This document shows, in pieces, positions 8,998 through 19,557 of a DNA stretch of 64,000 bases. The notes beneath the pieces are model-generated. The model was not told the DNA's origin, made no database searches, and saw only the letters and a program-made list of their open reading frames with translations. This DNA is from a virus (taxonomy: Duplodnaviria; Caudoviricetes). The stretch's first letter is position 1. The number at the start of each line of letters is the position of its first letter. Location: positions 311-64,310 of IMG/VR virus record IMGVR_UViG_3300047440_000434. One strand, 5' to 3'. The position numbers and the translations under genes are program-made.

Positions 8998-9434
8998 TGG
9001 CCAAGAAACCTGCGCCCAAACGTATGCGCGGCTACGACTATGGTGGGCAGGTGCTCAGCACGGACAGCTTTGGCCGCAGCGTGAGCGAAGGTTTCAACAT
9101 GGGTATGGGCGGGGCCAAGGCTTACAAGGAAGCCGGTAAGCCCGACACGCCCAAACCCACTGATACCAAATCCGAGAACACCTCCGTTCCGAAGCAGCCT
9201 TCGGTGACCGTCGACTACATGAAAAGCCCGGCGGGCGGCGTGCCCACCATCGGCGGCAACGCGCGCGGCGGCGTGATCAAGAAGGTCGCCGGTAAGCCCA
9301 TCGGCAAGGATGACGGGCTCATCCCCGCGCAAAGAGGCGAGTGGGTGATCCGCAAATCGGCGGTCAAGAAGCTGGGCAACAAGGTTCTGGGGCAGATCAA
9401 CAAGGGTAAACTTCCTTCGCGCCGAGGTAGATAA
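8997..9434 (+). CDS. Basic protein with IPAQRGEWVI motif
   Basis: TAATG coupling; GYDYGGQV, and DDGLIPAQRGEWVIRKSAV resembling a small motif in phage internal proteins. Confidence 0.7.
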   Translation: MAKKPAPKRMRGYDYGGQVLSTDSFGRSVSEGFNMGMGGAKAYKEAGKPDTPKPTDTKSENTSVPKQPSVTVDYMKSPAGGVPTIGGNARGGVIKKVAGKPIGKDDGLIPAQRGEWVIRKSAVKKLGNKVLGQINKGKLPSRRGR

Positions 9435-9814
9435 TGTCGACGACGCTGGGCCGGACCTGGGGCAGCCTGATCGGTGAGGCCCGCACGCTGTTGCAGGACA
9501 AGCTGGGCACGTCCGGTCAGGGGCTTCGTTACACCGACGACGAGATGTTCGAGAGCATCAATAGTATGCTCGCCGAGGTGCGCACCAAACGCCCCGATCT
9601 GTTCCTGCCAATCGGGCTGCGCCGCCCGTTGGCGTTCTACACCGCCGCTCACGACATGGGCACCGCGTTCCCGCTGGATACCAGCTGCTACAGCGCGTTC
9701 GTTTACTATCTCGTTGGGCGCGCGGAACTACGTGAAGACACCTTCTCCGACGACAGTCGCGCGGTCAGCATGATGAACAAGGCGCTCGCGCAACTATTGT
9801 CGCTGCAAAGTTAG
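9434..9814 (+). CDS. Head-tail adaptor-like protein
   Basis: ARTLLQD...LRYTDDEM...RPDLF pattern of podovirus adaptors. Confidence 0.65.
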   Translation: MSTTLGRTWGSLIGEARTLLQDKLGTSGQGLRYTDDEMFESINSMLAEVRTKRPDLFLPIGLRRPLAFYTAAHDMGTAFPLDTSCYSAFVYYLVGRAELREDTFSDDSRAVSMMNKALAQLLSLQS

Positions 9815-9823
9815 GACCTGAGC

Positions 9824-11455
9824 ATGAGCGGATCGGCTACCGGATCGAGCCCGAACTGGGTCGCGGGTTATGTCCCCCCGGCGGGTGAATGGAACCAGTG
9901 GTGGGCGCGCAAGATGGACGCGGACAACACCATTTTCGCTGGTGGTCCGTTTCTGTCCACGCAGGGCGGCACCATGTCGGGTGCGTTATATTTGCCGCCC
10001 GCCAACCCGGTCGATCCCAACGAGGCGGTCCGCAAGGGCTACGTGGACTCGCTGACTTTCGCCGCCGGGCCGTTCATGCCGACGACGGGTGGCATATTCA
10101 CCGGCCCCGTCACCTTCACGAGTTCGCTGGAACTGGCTGGTAATCCCGTCAATCCGCTTGATGCCGCGCCGAAACAATACGTGGACAGCGCGATCAACCA
10201 GTCCAACAACGCGATCAACGTGGCCAACGCCGCCGTGCGGCGCGCGGGCGACACGATGACCGGCTTGCTCGCGCTATCGTCTGATCCGGTATCGCCCAAT
10301 CACGCGGCGACCAAGGCTTACGCTGACCTCAGGGTGCTCAAATCCGGCGACACGATGACGGGACGTTTGACCGTCAACAGCGATATGGTCGTGGGCGTCG
10401 GGCCTCTCTACAACAGCGGTAATTTATACATTAACGCCTACAACAGTTGGGAATGGGCCTTAACGCTCGACCCCAACACTGGTGATCATTACCAGACATA
10501 CCGCACGAGTTGGTACGACGTGTGGGCTTCCGCCACCGGTACGCGTAGCTGGGTTGGCGGCAACCAGAGCCTGATGAACCTGAACGGTGGGGGAAACCTC
10601 AACGTCATGGCGCAGATAGGCAGCGGCAGCATGGTCACCACCACGCTGAGCGTGGGTGGCAACGCCAACGTCGCGGGCAACCACTCGGTGGGCTCTTTCT
10701 CCATCGGCCCGTGGATGTTTTACAACAACGGAACAGCCCAGATCCAGCAGCACACGGGCGGCTGGTACGAGTCCTGGGCGAACAGCGGCGGGGGGCGTCT
10801 CTGGGTCAACGACAACAAGATCGTCATGAACCTGGACCCCGGTGGCAGCCTGTCGGTGGTCGGCAACATCACCGGCACGCAGATATTCTCCAACCACTCC
10901 GTGTTGGCGGCGGACGGGTTCCATGCCGGGAGCTTTACCGGCGCGGCCTGTTATTTCGGCGTCAGCGGCGGTATGCGCGTCACCCAGTACCAGCCTAACT
11001 GGTACTGGCGCTGGGACCCCAACAACGGCGATCTGTGGTGGGTCATGGACAACGGCGGCGTGCGCCCCTTTTTCAAGTTCCGTCAGTCCGATGTGATGGC
11101 GCTCAACGATGTCGGTGCCATTGGCGCGCACGGGTTCCAGGATTTCTCCGACGAACGCGGCAAAACCGATATCAATCCCGCCACGCGCGGGTTGGCGGAC
11201 GTGCTCAGGATCAACCCGATCACGTTCGTCCGCGTGGGCAAGTCACGCCAGGAACTCGGTTTTAGCGCGCAACAAATTCGCACGGTCATCCCGGAAGCGG
11301 TCTCGCCCATGGGGATCGTGCTCGCCGACGGGACGGGCGGGATCGACGACGACGAGCCGTCCCTGGGTATCCAGACCACGCCGATCATCGCCGCCATGGT
11401 CAACGCCATGAAGGAACTGGCGGCGGACGTCGCCGCGCTGAAAGCCGGGCGATGA
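9824..11455 (+). CDS. Tail fibre 1 with C-terminal intramolecular chaperone (peptidase S74)
   Basis: A(A/V)xKxYVD and GDTMTG fibre repeats; FSDERGKTDI...LGFSAQQI plus terminal coiled coil. Confidence 0.85.
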   Translation: MSGSATGSSPNWVAGYVPPAGEWNQWWARKMDADNTIFAGGPFLSTQGGTMSGALYLPPANPVDPNEAVRKGYVDSLTFAAGPFMPTTGGIFTGPVTFTSSLELAGNPVNPLDAAPKQYVDSAINQSNNAINVANAAVRRAGDTMTGLLALSSDPVSPNHAATKAYADLRVLKSGDTMTGRLTVNSDMVVGVGPLYNSGNLYINAYNSWEWALTLDPNTGDHYQTYRTSWYDVWASATGTRSWVGGNQSLMNLNGGGNLNVMAQIGSGSMVTTTLSVGGNANVAGNHSVGSFSIGPWMFYNNGTAQIQQHTGGWYESWANSGGGRLWVNDNKIVMNLDPGGSLSVVGNITGTQIFSNHSVLAADGFHAGSFTGAACYFGVSGGMRVTQYQPNWYWRWDPNNGDLWWVMDNGGVRPFFKFRQSDVMALNDVGAIGAHGFQDFSDERGKTDINPATRGLADVLRINPITFVRVGKSRQELGFSAQQIRTVIPEAVSPMGIVLADGTGGIDDDEPSLGIQTTPIIAAMVNAMKELAADVAALKAGR

Positions 11456-11826
11456 TCCCAGGTCGGCTCCCCCTCACGCTCTATCGCGGCGACACCGGTC
11501 GGTGGCGGTTCAGCCTGTGGCTGGACGCCAACAAGACGCAGCCCACCGACCTGACCGGGGCCTCGGCGCTGGCGCAGATCCGTGATCGCGCGGGCGGCTC
11601 GCTCATCGTGTCCATGGAGTGCGCGATAACGCTGCCGAACCATATCGACATGGTATTGTTGTCGGCGGACTCGGCGAAACTTCCCAGTTCCGGGGCGTGG
11701 GATTTACAAGTGACCTATGCCTCGGGTGACGTCATCACGGTGCTGTCCGGTCCGGTCAACACGACGAGCGACGTTACGACGGGAGTAAACGTGGTGACCC
11801 CGCTCCAGCTGCGGTCGGCGCGGTGA
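11452..11826 (+). CDS. Tail-associated beta-sandwich protein (BppU N-terminal-like)
   Basis: YRGDT...[12 protein letters not shown]...WDLQVT pattern. Confidence 0.65.
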   Translation: MIPGRLPLTLYRGDTGRWRFSLWLDANKTQPTDLTGASALAQIRDRAGGSLIVSMECAITLPNHIDMVLLSADSAKLPSSGAWDLQVTYASGDVITVLSGPVNTTSDVTTGVNVVTPLQLRSAR

Positions 11827-14800
11827 GCGATACCCTCTTCATAGACGTCATCGTCGCCCCGACGGTTCAGTCCGTCGACGTCTTCACCGCGCCCGCCGAG
11901 CCGGTGCTGATCGACTACGTGGTGCCGGGTCCGCAAGGACCGCCGGGCGTGCAGGGCGACGTGGGCGCGCAGGGTCCGAAGGGCGACAAGGGCGACAAGG
12001 GCGACAAGGGCGACCGGGGCACCACCGGAGCCACGGGTGCCACCGGCCCCATGGGCCCGCAGGGTGCCGTAGGACCGCAGGGTGCCAAGGGCGACAAGGG
12101 AGACAAGGGCGACCAGGGTATCCAGGGTGTCCAGGGTCCCAAGGGCGACAAGGGCGACCAGGGTATCCAGGGCGTCAAGGGAGACACCGGAGCCCAGGGA
12201 CCCATCGGCGTCACGGGTGCCAAGGGCGACAAGGGCGACAAGGGCGATACCGGAGACGTCGGGGCCACCGGTCCGCAGGGTATCCAGGGTATCCAGGGCG
12301 AGACCGGCGAGACCGGCGCGCAAGGACCGCAAGGTATCCAGGGTCAGCAGGGTATCCAGGGTATCCAGGGTGAAACGGGCCTGACCGGTGCCGACAGTAC
12401 GGTGCCCGGCCCCGTGGGCCCGCAGGGCATCCAGGGTATCCAGGGCGATACCGGTGCCCAGGGTATCCAGGGCGAGACGGGTTTGACGGGCGCGACCGGT
12501 GCCCAGGGTATCCAGGGTGAGCCGGGCCTGGACGGGGCCACCGGCCCACAAGGTATCCAGGGCGAGACGGGCCTGACGGGGGCGCAAGGTCCGCAGGGCA
12601 TCCAAGGCGACACGGGTGCCACGGGCGCGGCGGGCACCGGCATCAACTTCATCGGGCAGGTTCCCACCGAGGGCGACCTGCCGCCGGGTGCTTCCGAGGG
12701 TGATGCCTATGTCGTCACCGAAACCGGTGAGATGTGGATCTGGGACAGCACCACCGGGGCGTATATCAACGCCGGTCCCATCCAGGGGCCGCAGGGCGAG
12801 ACGGGCCTGACGGGTCCGCAGGGTGCCCAGGGCGTGCCGGGTGCGACCGGCCCTCAGGGTATCCAGGGCGATACGGGTCTGACGGGTGCGACGGGACCGC
12901 AGGGCATCCAGGGAGACGTCGGTGCCACGGGCGCGACGGGGGCCCAGGGGCCGGTGGGTGCCACCGGGGCTGACAGCACGGTGCCTGGACCCGTCGGCCC
13001 AGAGGGGCCTCAGGGCATCAAGGGCGACGTGGGTGCGCAGGGCGTCCAGGGACCGCAGGGTATTCCGGGTGCGACGGGTGCCGACAGCACGGTGCCTGGA
13101 CCGGTAGGGCCCACGGGTGCCACGGGCGCGCAGGGGCCGGTGGGTGCCACGGGTCCGCAGGGTGTTCAGGGTCCGGCGGGCGCTGACGGGTTCATCACCG
13201 AGCCGGTGGGCGCGGGCACCTGGGCACGCCTGGAGACGGGCGCGTGGCAGCGCGGCGTGGCGGTTTCCGGCGACACGATGACCGGCAACCTGACGGTTGG
13301 GCTTGGCACTGATACGGGCCGGATCATCAACATAAACGGCGCGGCGCAAGGCGGCGGCGCGTTGGGCTGGTTGGTGGGCAACGTCCAGCGGTGGGCGATA
13401 GGGCTGGATAATTACCCAGCCGAAGATGGGTCCGGCGTCGGCAGCGGCCTGTCGTTCCATCGCTACACGGACACCGGAAGTTATATCGACTCGGTTATGA
13501 ACCTGAGTCGGCAGACCGGCTCGGTCGCCATCTGGAACTCGCTCACGGTGGGTAAGGGGCTCAACCTCGGCAATAACGTGGCTGACGCCCCGTGGAATGT
13601 CTGGAGCCATATCTCGCTCTATGGCGGGCAGTATGGCTTCTCGGTCACCGGGTCTCGGCAGAACTACGTCGTACCGAACGCGGCTTCGCACACGTTCGTG
13701 GTCAACGCCGTTGACGTCGCTCTCATCGACTACGGCGGGATCAGCCTGCTCGGCGGGACCGATATGTGGCTCGCGCGCCTGCCCACCGACGCCCGGCACG
13801 CCACGAACAAGCAATACGTGGACGATAAAGTTAATACGGGAGTAAGCGGCTACCTGCCACTTTCGGGTGGCACGCTGACCGGCGGGCTGCAGATCAGCGC
13901 CTACGCACCGTCATGGGGCAGCTTCAACTTCGCCGCGCAACTGGTGATCCGGGGCGTCCAGAACAACGGTATCGGCATCTTCGACAGTTCCGACGCCAAC
14001 CCCATGGCGATCATCAACGGCGCGGGCACGCTTGGGTTCTACGCGATGCCGCCCTGGGGCGACAGCACCACGCCGCCGATCCCACGGCTGACGTTGGAGC
14101 CAACCCAGGCGACGTTCAGCACGTCGCTCACGGCCACTGGCAATCTGACTATCCAGGGCGTTTCCGATATATATGGCTGGTTGCGGGTCGGGGGTAATAC
14201 GACGGCGGCGGAAGCGGCGGCGATCAGCACCTGGGGCGGAATAATCACGAACAATGTCAGCGGCGGCGCGGGTGAGACCGCGTTCGTTAATGTTTATTAC
14301 CCATACGGCGGCTTTCGTTTTTACCAGAAGACGAGCGACACCGACACGACACTGAAATGGCTTAGCTCTCTGGAGCCAGACGGTTTGTGGCGGATTTATA
14401 ACCAGATCGTCTATCAAAACCTCCCCGGTGGCGGGAACGGCATTGGGTTCACCTTCGCGGCGGACGGCTTACATCCATGGGTGGATCTCAACGATCAGGG
14501 GCCGCTCGCACTTAAAAGCTGGGTGAGCGCCAACTACGCGCCGATCACGGGCGGCGGGTATCTCACCGATGCGCCAAACGACTTCCGCACCTACGGCAGA
14601 CATGCCGCCGCGTGGTATCGGGTTTCCGCCGTCACCGAGTATCCAACGGGCGCGCTCGACCTGAACACACCGGACGATGCGTTCATCGGATTGTTGCAGA
14701 TCACCAACCAGACCGGCGGATTGAACTGGCCGTCTGGCAACGGCGACCAGACCGCTTTGATCCTGGCTGGTTATAACTCGAACGCTGGCTGGAAATCCCA

Positions 14801-17800
14801 GCTTATGATGGGCGGGCGCAGCGGGCACAACGGCCCGGCGCTCTGGTATCGCGCCATCGACGATACATACCCCGCCGACGCCAGTCAGTGGTCGCCCTGG
14901 TATCGGCTCCTGGGCACGGTCAACGGTAATCTGGAACAGCCCCTGACGATAACCAACGGGCTCCATTTCGGCACCGCCACGGCTCCCACCCACGCCGGGG
15001 ACACGTCCCGGCATATCACGCTCTACGAGGGCTTCGGTGGCTTCTCCGTCACGGGCGGAACGATCAACATCGTTTCGGGTGGCAACACCAATTTCGTATC
15101 CAACGCGGGTGTGACCTGGGCGGAGGTCAACTCGGGCGGGATCGCCGTGCGATCCGGCGATGTCTGGCTGTTGCGCGATCCGACCGATCCCACGCAGGCC
15201 ACGACCAAGCAATACGTGGATGCGAAAGTTAATACGGGAGTAAGCGGTTACCTGCCGCTCACGGGCGGAACGATCACGGGAGACCTTACCGTCCAGGGCA
15301 ATACCTTTGTTACGGGATTTAGGGTCCACGAACAAAACACCGGACCCATGGCGGGCGGCGGCTATGGTGCTATCACATGGAACACGGACGGCGCGGGCGA
15401 CGTCGCCTTCGTCAACGGCTGCAACTGGGTGGCTGCTGGTTTCTCCTGGTACAACGTGCTCAGTCCCGACGGCTGGAAACGGTCGATGTTTCTGTCGTTC
15501 GACGGGGCGCTCCATCTGAACGGCCCCGGCATCGACTACAACATTGGCGGCGGCACGAACCTCATGGGGTTCAAGTGGACCGGCTCACACGTCGATAGTT
15601 ACGTGGACGGGACACTTATCGGTCGCATAGCCATGGGCGATCTGGGCAACTACGTCGCCAAGAGTGGCGACACGATGACCGGCGCGTTGACGATCCAGGG
15701 CAACCTCAACGTGTTCCCCGGTTCACTGACGGTCAGTTACGACGCGGTGTTTGGCTTCGATAACGCCGGATATGCCGCCATCTACATGAACGCGGGACCA
15801 GCGACCAACCGCATCACGTATTACAAGACAAACAGCGTGACGCGCTGGCTCTATGGCGTGAACGCCTCGCCCGAGAGCGGTGGCAACGCGGGCTCGGACT
15901 TCTTCCTCGCCTCTTATACCGACGCGGGCGTCGGCGGGCCGACGGCGTTCTGGTTCTCGCGCGCCACGGGCCTCGGGGTCATAGCGGGCGATCCCGTCGA
16001 TCCGCTGGGCATCGCGACCAAGCAATACGTGGACGCCAGGGCCGGGACCCCAGGACCAGCGGGCCCAGCCGGGCCTACCGGCCCCGCTGGCGCGGACAGC
16101 ACGGTTCCAGGACCGGCGGGTCCAGCCGGACCCACCGGCCCCGCTGGCGCGGACAGCACGGTTCCGGGACCAGCCGGTCCGGCGGGTGCCCCAGGTGCGG
16201 CGGGTGCTACCGGCCCGCAAGGCCCGGCGGGACCGGAGGGTCCGGCGTCCACCGTCCCAGGTCCAGCGGGTCCGGCGGGTGCCACCGGCCCAGCCGGGGC
16301 CAACGGTTTCATCGCCGAACCCGTGGGCGCGGGCACGTTCGGGCGGACCTCGGCGGCGGCGTGGCAACGCAGCGTGGCGCTGTCGGGTGATAACATGACC
16401 GGCTCGCTCACCGTGGCGAACATGGTGTCGATTAACTCGGCAACGACCTACGCGCAGCTGGTCATGTCCAAGGGCGCGGGGGCCAACGCCAACCAGATAC
16501 TTGGCTACACCGGCAACTCGGTACGTTGGAACCTCCAGGTGGGCGACGCCACCGCCGAGGGCGGGGGCAACGGCGGGTCGGATTTCACCCTGAGCCGACA
16601 TGACGACGCGGGGAACTGGCTAAGCCGGTCTTTCAGTGTTTCACGCGCCAACAACTCGATGACCGTCGATGGCCTTCTCAACTGCGTGGGGCAACTCTGG
16701 TCGAACGCCGGGCGCGTCATCAGTTGCAACGGTGGCTACCCCACCGTCACCGTCTACGACACCGTGGGGGCTGTCGCGAGCGGCATGTGGGTGGAGCCGA
16801 ACGGCGTGCTCTACTTTGGCGACATGGACGGCGCGGGCAACGCGGTGACGGGCCGGTTCTACGTGGACCGCTCCAGCAACCTCGTCGCCAACGCGGGTGT
16901 TTTCGCGACGCATCTTCAGTCATCCAGCGGGGCCACCATCGCCGGTAACATAAGCGCGGCGACCATGAACACGACCGGTCGCATCACCGTCAACGAGATC
17001 ATGAACATCTCGGGTGTCATGCGCGTCGCCAACAACGAAGCCTACTACATGAGCCGGGGCAGCGACGGGACGTGGAATTTCGTCGAGAACAACGGGAACA
17101 TTACATGGTTCAACAGCACTGGCATCTGGTGCAGGAGCGGTCAGAGCGGGCTGTTCGCGGGCGGCACTGGCGTCGTCATGCAGTTTTCCCCGAACTGGTA
17201 CTGGGACTGGAACATCAGCAACGGCACCTTGTCCTGGATGGCGAACGGTGGCGTGGCCATGACCATGGACGGGGGGTATAATACCGGGTTCCATAATGGC
17301 ATCGTCATGATTAACGGGGCGCGTCTGGTCTGCCAGACCAACTGCACCGGCATTCAGTTCACCTCCGGGGCCTGGAACAGCGGCAGCACGTTCGTCTTCG
17401 GTTGGAGTAACGCCGTCTCCAACCTCGCCACGATCAGTATCGACAGTGGCGGCGCGGCCTACGCGATAGCGAACGCCTCCGACGCGCGGCTCAAGCACAA
17501 CATCGGGGCATCCGACTTCGATTGTCTCGACGCGGTGTCGAAGCTGTCGCTGGTCGAGTTCGACTGGCTGCAGATTGATAACCCGTGGAAACTACGGGAA
17601 GCCCGCGCCACGCCGAGGACCAGCGCGATCAGTCGCCATAAAGTGCGCGCGGGCCTGATCGCCCAGGAGGTGGCGAAGATAATCCCCGAGGCCGTCCAGC
17701 ACGGGGAGGATTTCGAGGACCATCTCGGTCTCGTATGGAACCTGGACAGCAACGTCATGAACGCGGTGCTGATCGGTGCGATCCAACAACTCACCGCGCG

Positions 17801-17834
17801 TATCAATCAACTCGAACAAAGGACACTCCACTAA
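11823..17834 (+). CDS. Long collagen-like tail fibre 2 with S74 chaperone (2003 aa)
   Basis: Extensive Gly-X-Y runs, KQYVD modules, [10 protein letters not shown]...AGLIAQEV C-terminus. Confidence 0.88.
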   Translation: MSDTLFIDVIVAPTVQSVDVFTAPAEPVLIDYVVPGPQGPPGVQGDVGAQGPKGDKGDKGDKGDRGTTGATGATGPMGPQGAVGPQGAKGDKGDKGDQGIQGVQGPKGDKGDQGIQGVKGDTGAQGPIGVTGAKGDKGDKGDTGDVGATGPQGIQGIQGETGETGAQGPQGIQGQQGIQGIQGETGLTGADSTVPGPVGPQGIQGIQGDTGAQGIQGETGLTGATGAQGIQGEPGLDGATGPQGIQGETGLTGAQGPQGIQGDTGATGAAGTGINFIGQVPTEGDLPPGASEGDAYVVTETGEMWIWDSTTGAYINAGPIQGPQGETGLTGPQGAQGVPGATGPQGIQGDTGLTGATGPQGIQGDVGATGATGAQGPVGATGADSTVPGPVGPEGPQGIKGDVGAQGVQGPQGIPGATGADSTVPGPVGPTGATGAQGPVGATGPQGVQGPAGADGFITEPVGAGTWARLETGAWQRGVAVSGDTMTGNLTVGLGTDTGRIININGAAQGGGALGWLVGNVQRWAIGLDNYPAEDGSGVGSGLSFHRYTDTGSYIDSVMNLSRQTGSVAIWNSLTVGKGLNLGNNVADAPWNVWSHISLYGGQYGFSVTGSRQNYVVPNAASHTFVVNAVDVALIDYGGISLLGGTDMWLARLPTDARHATNKQYVDDKVNTGVSGYLPLSGGTLTGGLQISAYAPSWGSFNFAAQLVIRGVQNNGIGIFDSSDANPMAIINGAGTLGFYAMPPWGDSTTPPIPRLTLEPTQATFSTSLTATGNLTIQGVSDIYGWLRVGGNTTAAEAAAISTWGGIITNNVSGGAGETAFVNVYYPYGGFRFYQKTSDTDTTLKWLSSLEPDGLWRIYNQIVYQNLPGGGNGIGFTFAADGLHPWVDLNDQGPLALKSWVSANYAPITGGGYLTDAPNDFRTYGRHAAAWYRVSAVTEYPTGALDLNTPDDAFIGLLQITNQTGGLNWPSGNGDQTALILAGYNSNAGWKSQLMMGGRSGHNGPALWYRAIDDTYPADASQWSPWYRLLGTVNGNLEQPLTITNGLHFGTATAPTHAGDTSRHITLYEGFGGFSVTGGTINIVSGGNTNFVSNAGVTWAEVNSGGIAVRSGDVWLLRDPTDPTQATTKQYVDAKVNTGVSGYLPLTGGTITGDLTVQGNTFVTGFRVHEQNTGPMAGGGYGAITWNTDGAGDVAFVNGCNWVAAGFSWYNVLSPDGWKRSMFLSFDGALHLNGPGIDYNIGGGTNLMGFKWTGSHVDSYVDGTLIGRIAMGDLGNYVAKSGDTMTGALTIQGNLNVFPGSLTVSYDAVFGFDNAGYAAIYMNAGPATNRITYYKTNSVTRWLYGVNASPESGGNAGSDFFLASYTDAGVGGPTAFWFSRATGLGVIAGDPVDPLGIATKQYVDARAGTPGPAGPAGPTGPAGADSTVPGPAGPAGPTGPAGADSTVPGPAGPAGAPGAAGATGPQGPAGPEGPASTVPGPAGPAGATGPAGANGFIAEPVGAGTFGRTSAAAWQRSVALSGDNMTGSLTVANMVSINSATTYAQLVMSKGAGANANQILGYTGNSVRWNLQVGDATAEGGGNGGSDFTLSRHDDAGNWLSRSFSVSRANNSMTVDGLLNCVGQLWSNAGRVISCNGGYPTVTVYDTVGAVASGMWVEPNGVLYFGDMDGAGNAVTGRFYVDRSSNLVANAGVFATHLQSSSGATIAGNISAATMNTTGRITVNEIMNISGVMRVANNEAYYMSRGSDGTWNFVENNGNITWFNSTGIWCRSGQSGLFAGGTGVVMQFSPNWYWDWNISNGTLSWMANGGVAMTMDGGYNTGFHNGIVMINGARLVCQTNCTGIQFTSGAWNSGSTFVFGWSNAVSNLATISIDSGGAAYAIANASDARLKHNIGASDFDCLDAVSKLSLVEFDWLQIDNPWKLREARATPRTSAISRHKVRAGLIAQEVAKIIPEAVQHGEDFEDHLGLVWNLDSNVMNAVLIGAIQQLTARINQLEQRTLH
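11927..13187 (+). repeat. Collagen-coding tandem repeats (GDK, GIQ, GAT units)
   Basis: Repeated 9-nt units such as AAGGGCGAC and CAGGGTATC; second block at about 16043-16303. Confidence 0.9.
13801..15255 (+). repeat. In-frame direct repeats of about 57 bp (13801-13857 and 15199-15255), each containing the 17-bp motif
   Basis: AAGCAATACGTGGA...AAAGTTAATACGGGAGTAAGCGG(C/T)TACCTGCC; offset 1398 bp = 466 codons. Confidence 0.85.
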
Positions 17835-18181
17835 TGGCCGCGCTTATCATCCCAAACAACACGACGTTCGGTTCCATGACGAACCAGACCGTGAGCAACC
17901 TGCTCAAGCTCAACACCACCATGGCGCGCCTCAAGGACGCGCTGGCCACGGCGTCGGCTGGCTACGAGGGCGTGGCGGGCACGCAGTACGAAGCCGCCAC
18001 CATGGGCATGAACATGCCAATGTCCCAGAACAACTTCGGCATCGTCCCCAAGGTGGACGCGGCGGGCGCGAACGGCACCGACTACGAATACGCGGTGAAC
18101 ACCCTGACCGCGCAATGGGACACGTTCTGGGCAGCCGCCGAAGCCTCGGTCAACCAACTCGATAACGGTTCGAACTTTTAA
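17834..18181 (+). CDS. Hypothetical protein
   Basis: TAATG coupling; stop codon lies inside the motif copy at 18177-18193. Confidence 0.7.
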   Translation: MAALIIPNNTTFGSMTNQTVSNLLKLNTTMARLKDALATASAGYEGVAGTQYEAATMGMNMPMSQNNFGIVPKVDAAGANGTDYEYAVNTLTAQWDTFWAAAEASVNQLDNGSNF

Positions 18182-18196
18182 TACGGGAGTAAAAAC

Positions 18197-18433
18197 ATGA
18201 GTGGATCACAGCAGCCGACACAACAGGACATCACCGCTCTGATGGCCATGGTGACATTGCCCATCGGGCGCTGGAACCAGGTACTGGAAGTGCTTGGCGG
18301 ACAGCCCTGGAAAGAGATCAACCCCACCATCGTCGACATCCATCGCCAGCTGCAGGACGCGGTGAACGCCCAGATGGGCCAGGGCGGCAATGGCATGGAG
18401 ACGTTGCGGCAGATGAAAGAAACCCAGTCATGA
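18197..18433 (+). CDS. Hypothetical protein (possible fibre assembly factor)
   Basis: SD GGGAG from the motif; VLGGQPWKEINPTI pattern. Confidence 0.65.
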   Translation: MSGSQQPTQQDITALMAMVTLPIGRWNQVLEVLGGQPWKEINPTIVDIHRQLQDAVNAQMGQGGNGMETLRQMKETQS

Positions 18434-18840
18434 GCTTGCCGCCCCTGCCCAAGGGTGGGACTTACCCGGCGGTACCGGCGTTGCACTTCGTGGTGCCGCC
18501 GGACCCGCCCGGCGCGAGACCTTTGTTGGTGCCGGGGACGACCGAGATGCCGCCACCCCTCGGGGGCGTGGAGGACTGGATGCGGTCGCCCAACTGTCCC
18601 AACAACCCGCCGGACTGCCGGATCAGCGTCACCGCGTCGCCCGTCACGACGCCGACACCCGATCCCATCCATGATGGCATGGGCGATCCGGTGCCGCCGT
18701 TGGTGGTGGCGGCGGTGTCGCGCGGGTCATGCACGACGTGCAACCTGGAGTGGGACATCACGCGGGGGCCGGTTGGTCCCAACGAGCAGCCGATCACGCC
18801 GGTAGGCCCGCCCGTGCTCGCTCCGCTAGTGCCCAGCTAA
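18430..18840 (+). CDS. Pro-rich protein with CxxC
   Basis: ATGA coupling; CPNNPPDC and CTTC. Confidence 0.55.
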   Translation: MSLPPLPKGGTYPAVPALHFVVPPDPPGARPLLVPGTTEMPPPLGGVEDWMRSPNCPNNPPDCRISVTASPVTTPTPDPIHDGMGDPVPPLVVAAVSRGSCTTCNLEWDITRGPVGPNEQPITPVGPPVLAPLVPS

Positions 18841-18852
18841 CAGGAAACAGCC

Positions 18853-19557
18853 ATGTCGGGGTCGTTCGTCTATAGTTCCGCCGTCGGGCAGTTCATCATC
18901 GGGGTAAGCCCGATTGAAGGCTCTGGCATACCCATCGACCCCGGTTCCGGCGGTCCTGGGTCGAGCATCGGCTCGGGCGCGGACTTCGAACGGCTCTACG
19001 ACAACATCCAGACCATGCTCCCGGCGATCACCCTGCCGGTCATCGAGATGGAGTTGTGGAACACGGTCCAGGAGTTCTGCATCCGCAGCACTTACTTCCG
19101 TAGTAAAATCCACTGGGAGATGGGGCCGGGCATCAGCACGGTGGACTTCAATCCGTTCAACCTCGATATGGTCGTGGTCTGGGTGCTGCATGTGCGGGGC
19201 CTGACGCACTGGGGCATCAATCCGCCAGCGGTGCTTTACGACATGATGCCGCCCACGAACGGGCGGTCCGGTGACGCCCTGGTGGCGCTACGGCCCGTTC
19301 GGTTCGACGTGCTTAAACTGGGTGCGATCCCGGAATTGTTCACGACGTGGTTCGAAACCATGCTGGATGGGACGCTGGCGCGGCTCTACGCCATGCCCGC
19401 CAAGCCCTGGTCCACGCCGCAGCTGGCGCAATACCACGGCACGCGCTTCCGTCAGGGAATGGGACGTGCGCGGGACATTGCGGAGCGATTACATTCTCAC
19501 CAGCAATCGCCTCGCAGGGCGTTTCCCTATTTCGCTCACGGGCGAAGGAAGCAATAG
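18853..19557 (+). CDS. Tail adaptor / tubular-A-like protein
   Basis: EFCIRSTYFR...GTLARLYAMPAKPWSTPQLA pattern of podovirus adaptors. Confidence 0.7.
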   Translation: MSGSFVYSSAVGQFIIGVSPIEGSGIPIDPGSGGPGSSIGSGADFERLYDNIQTMLPAITLPVIEMELWNTVQEFCIRSTYFRSKIHWEMGPGISTVDFNPFNLDMVVVWVLHVRGLTHWGINPPAVLYDMMPPTNGRSGDALVALRPVRFDVLKLGAIPELFTTWFETMLDGTLARLYAMPAKPWSTPQLAQYHGTRFRQGMGRARDIAERLHSHQQSPRRAFPYFAHGRRKQ

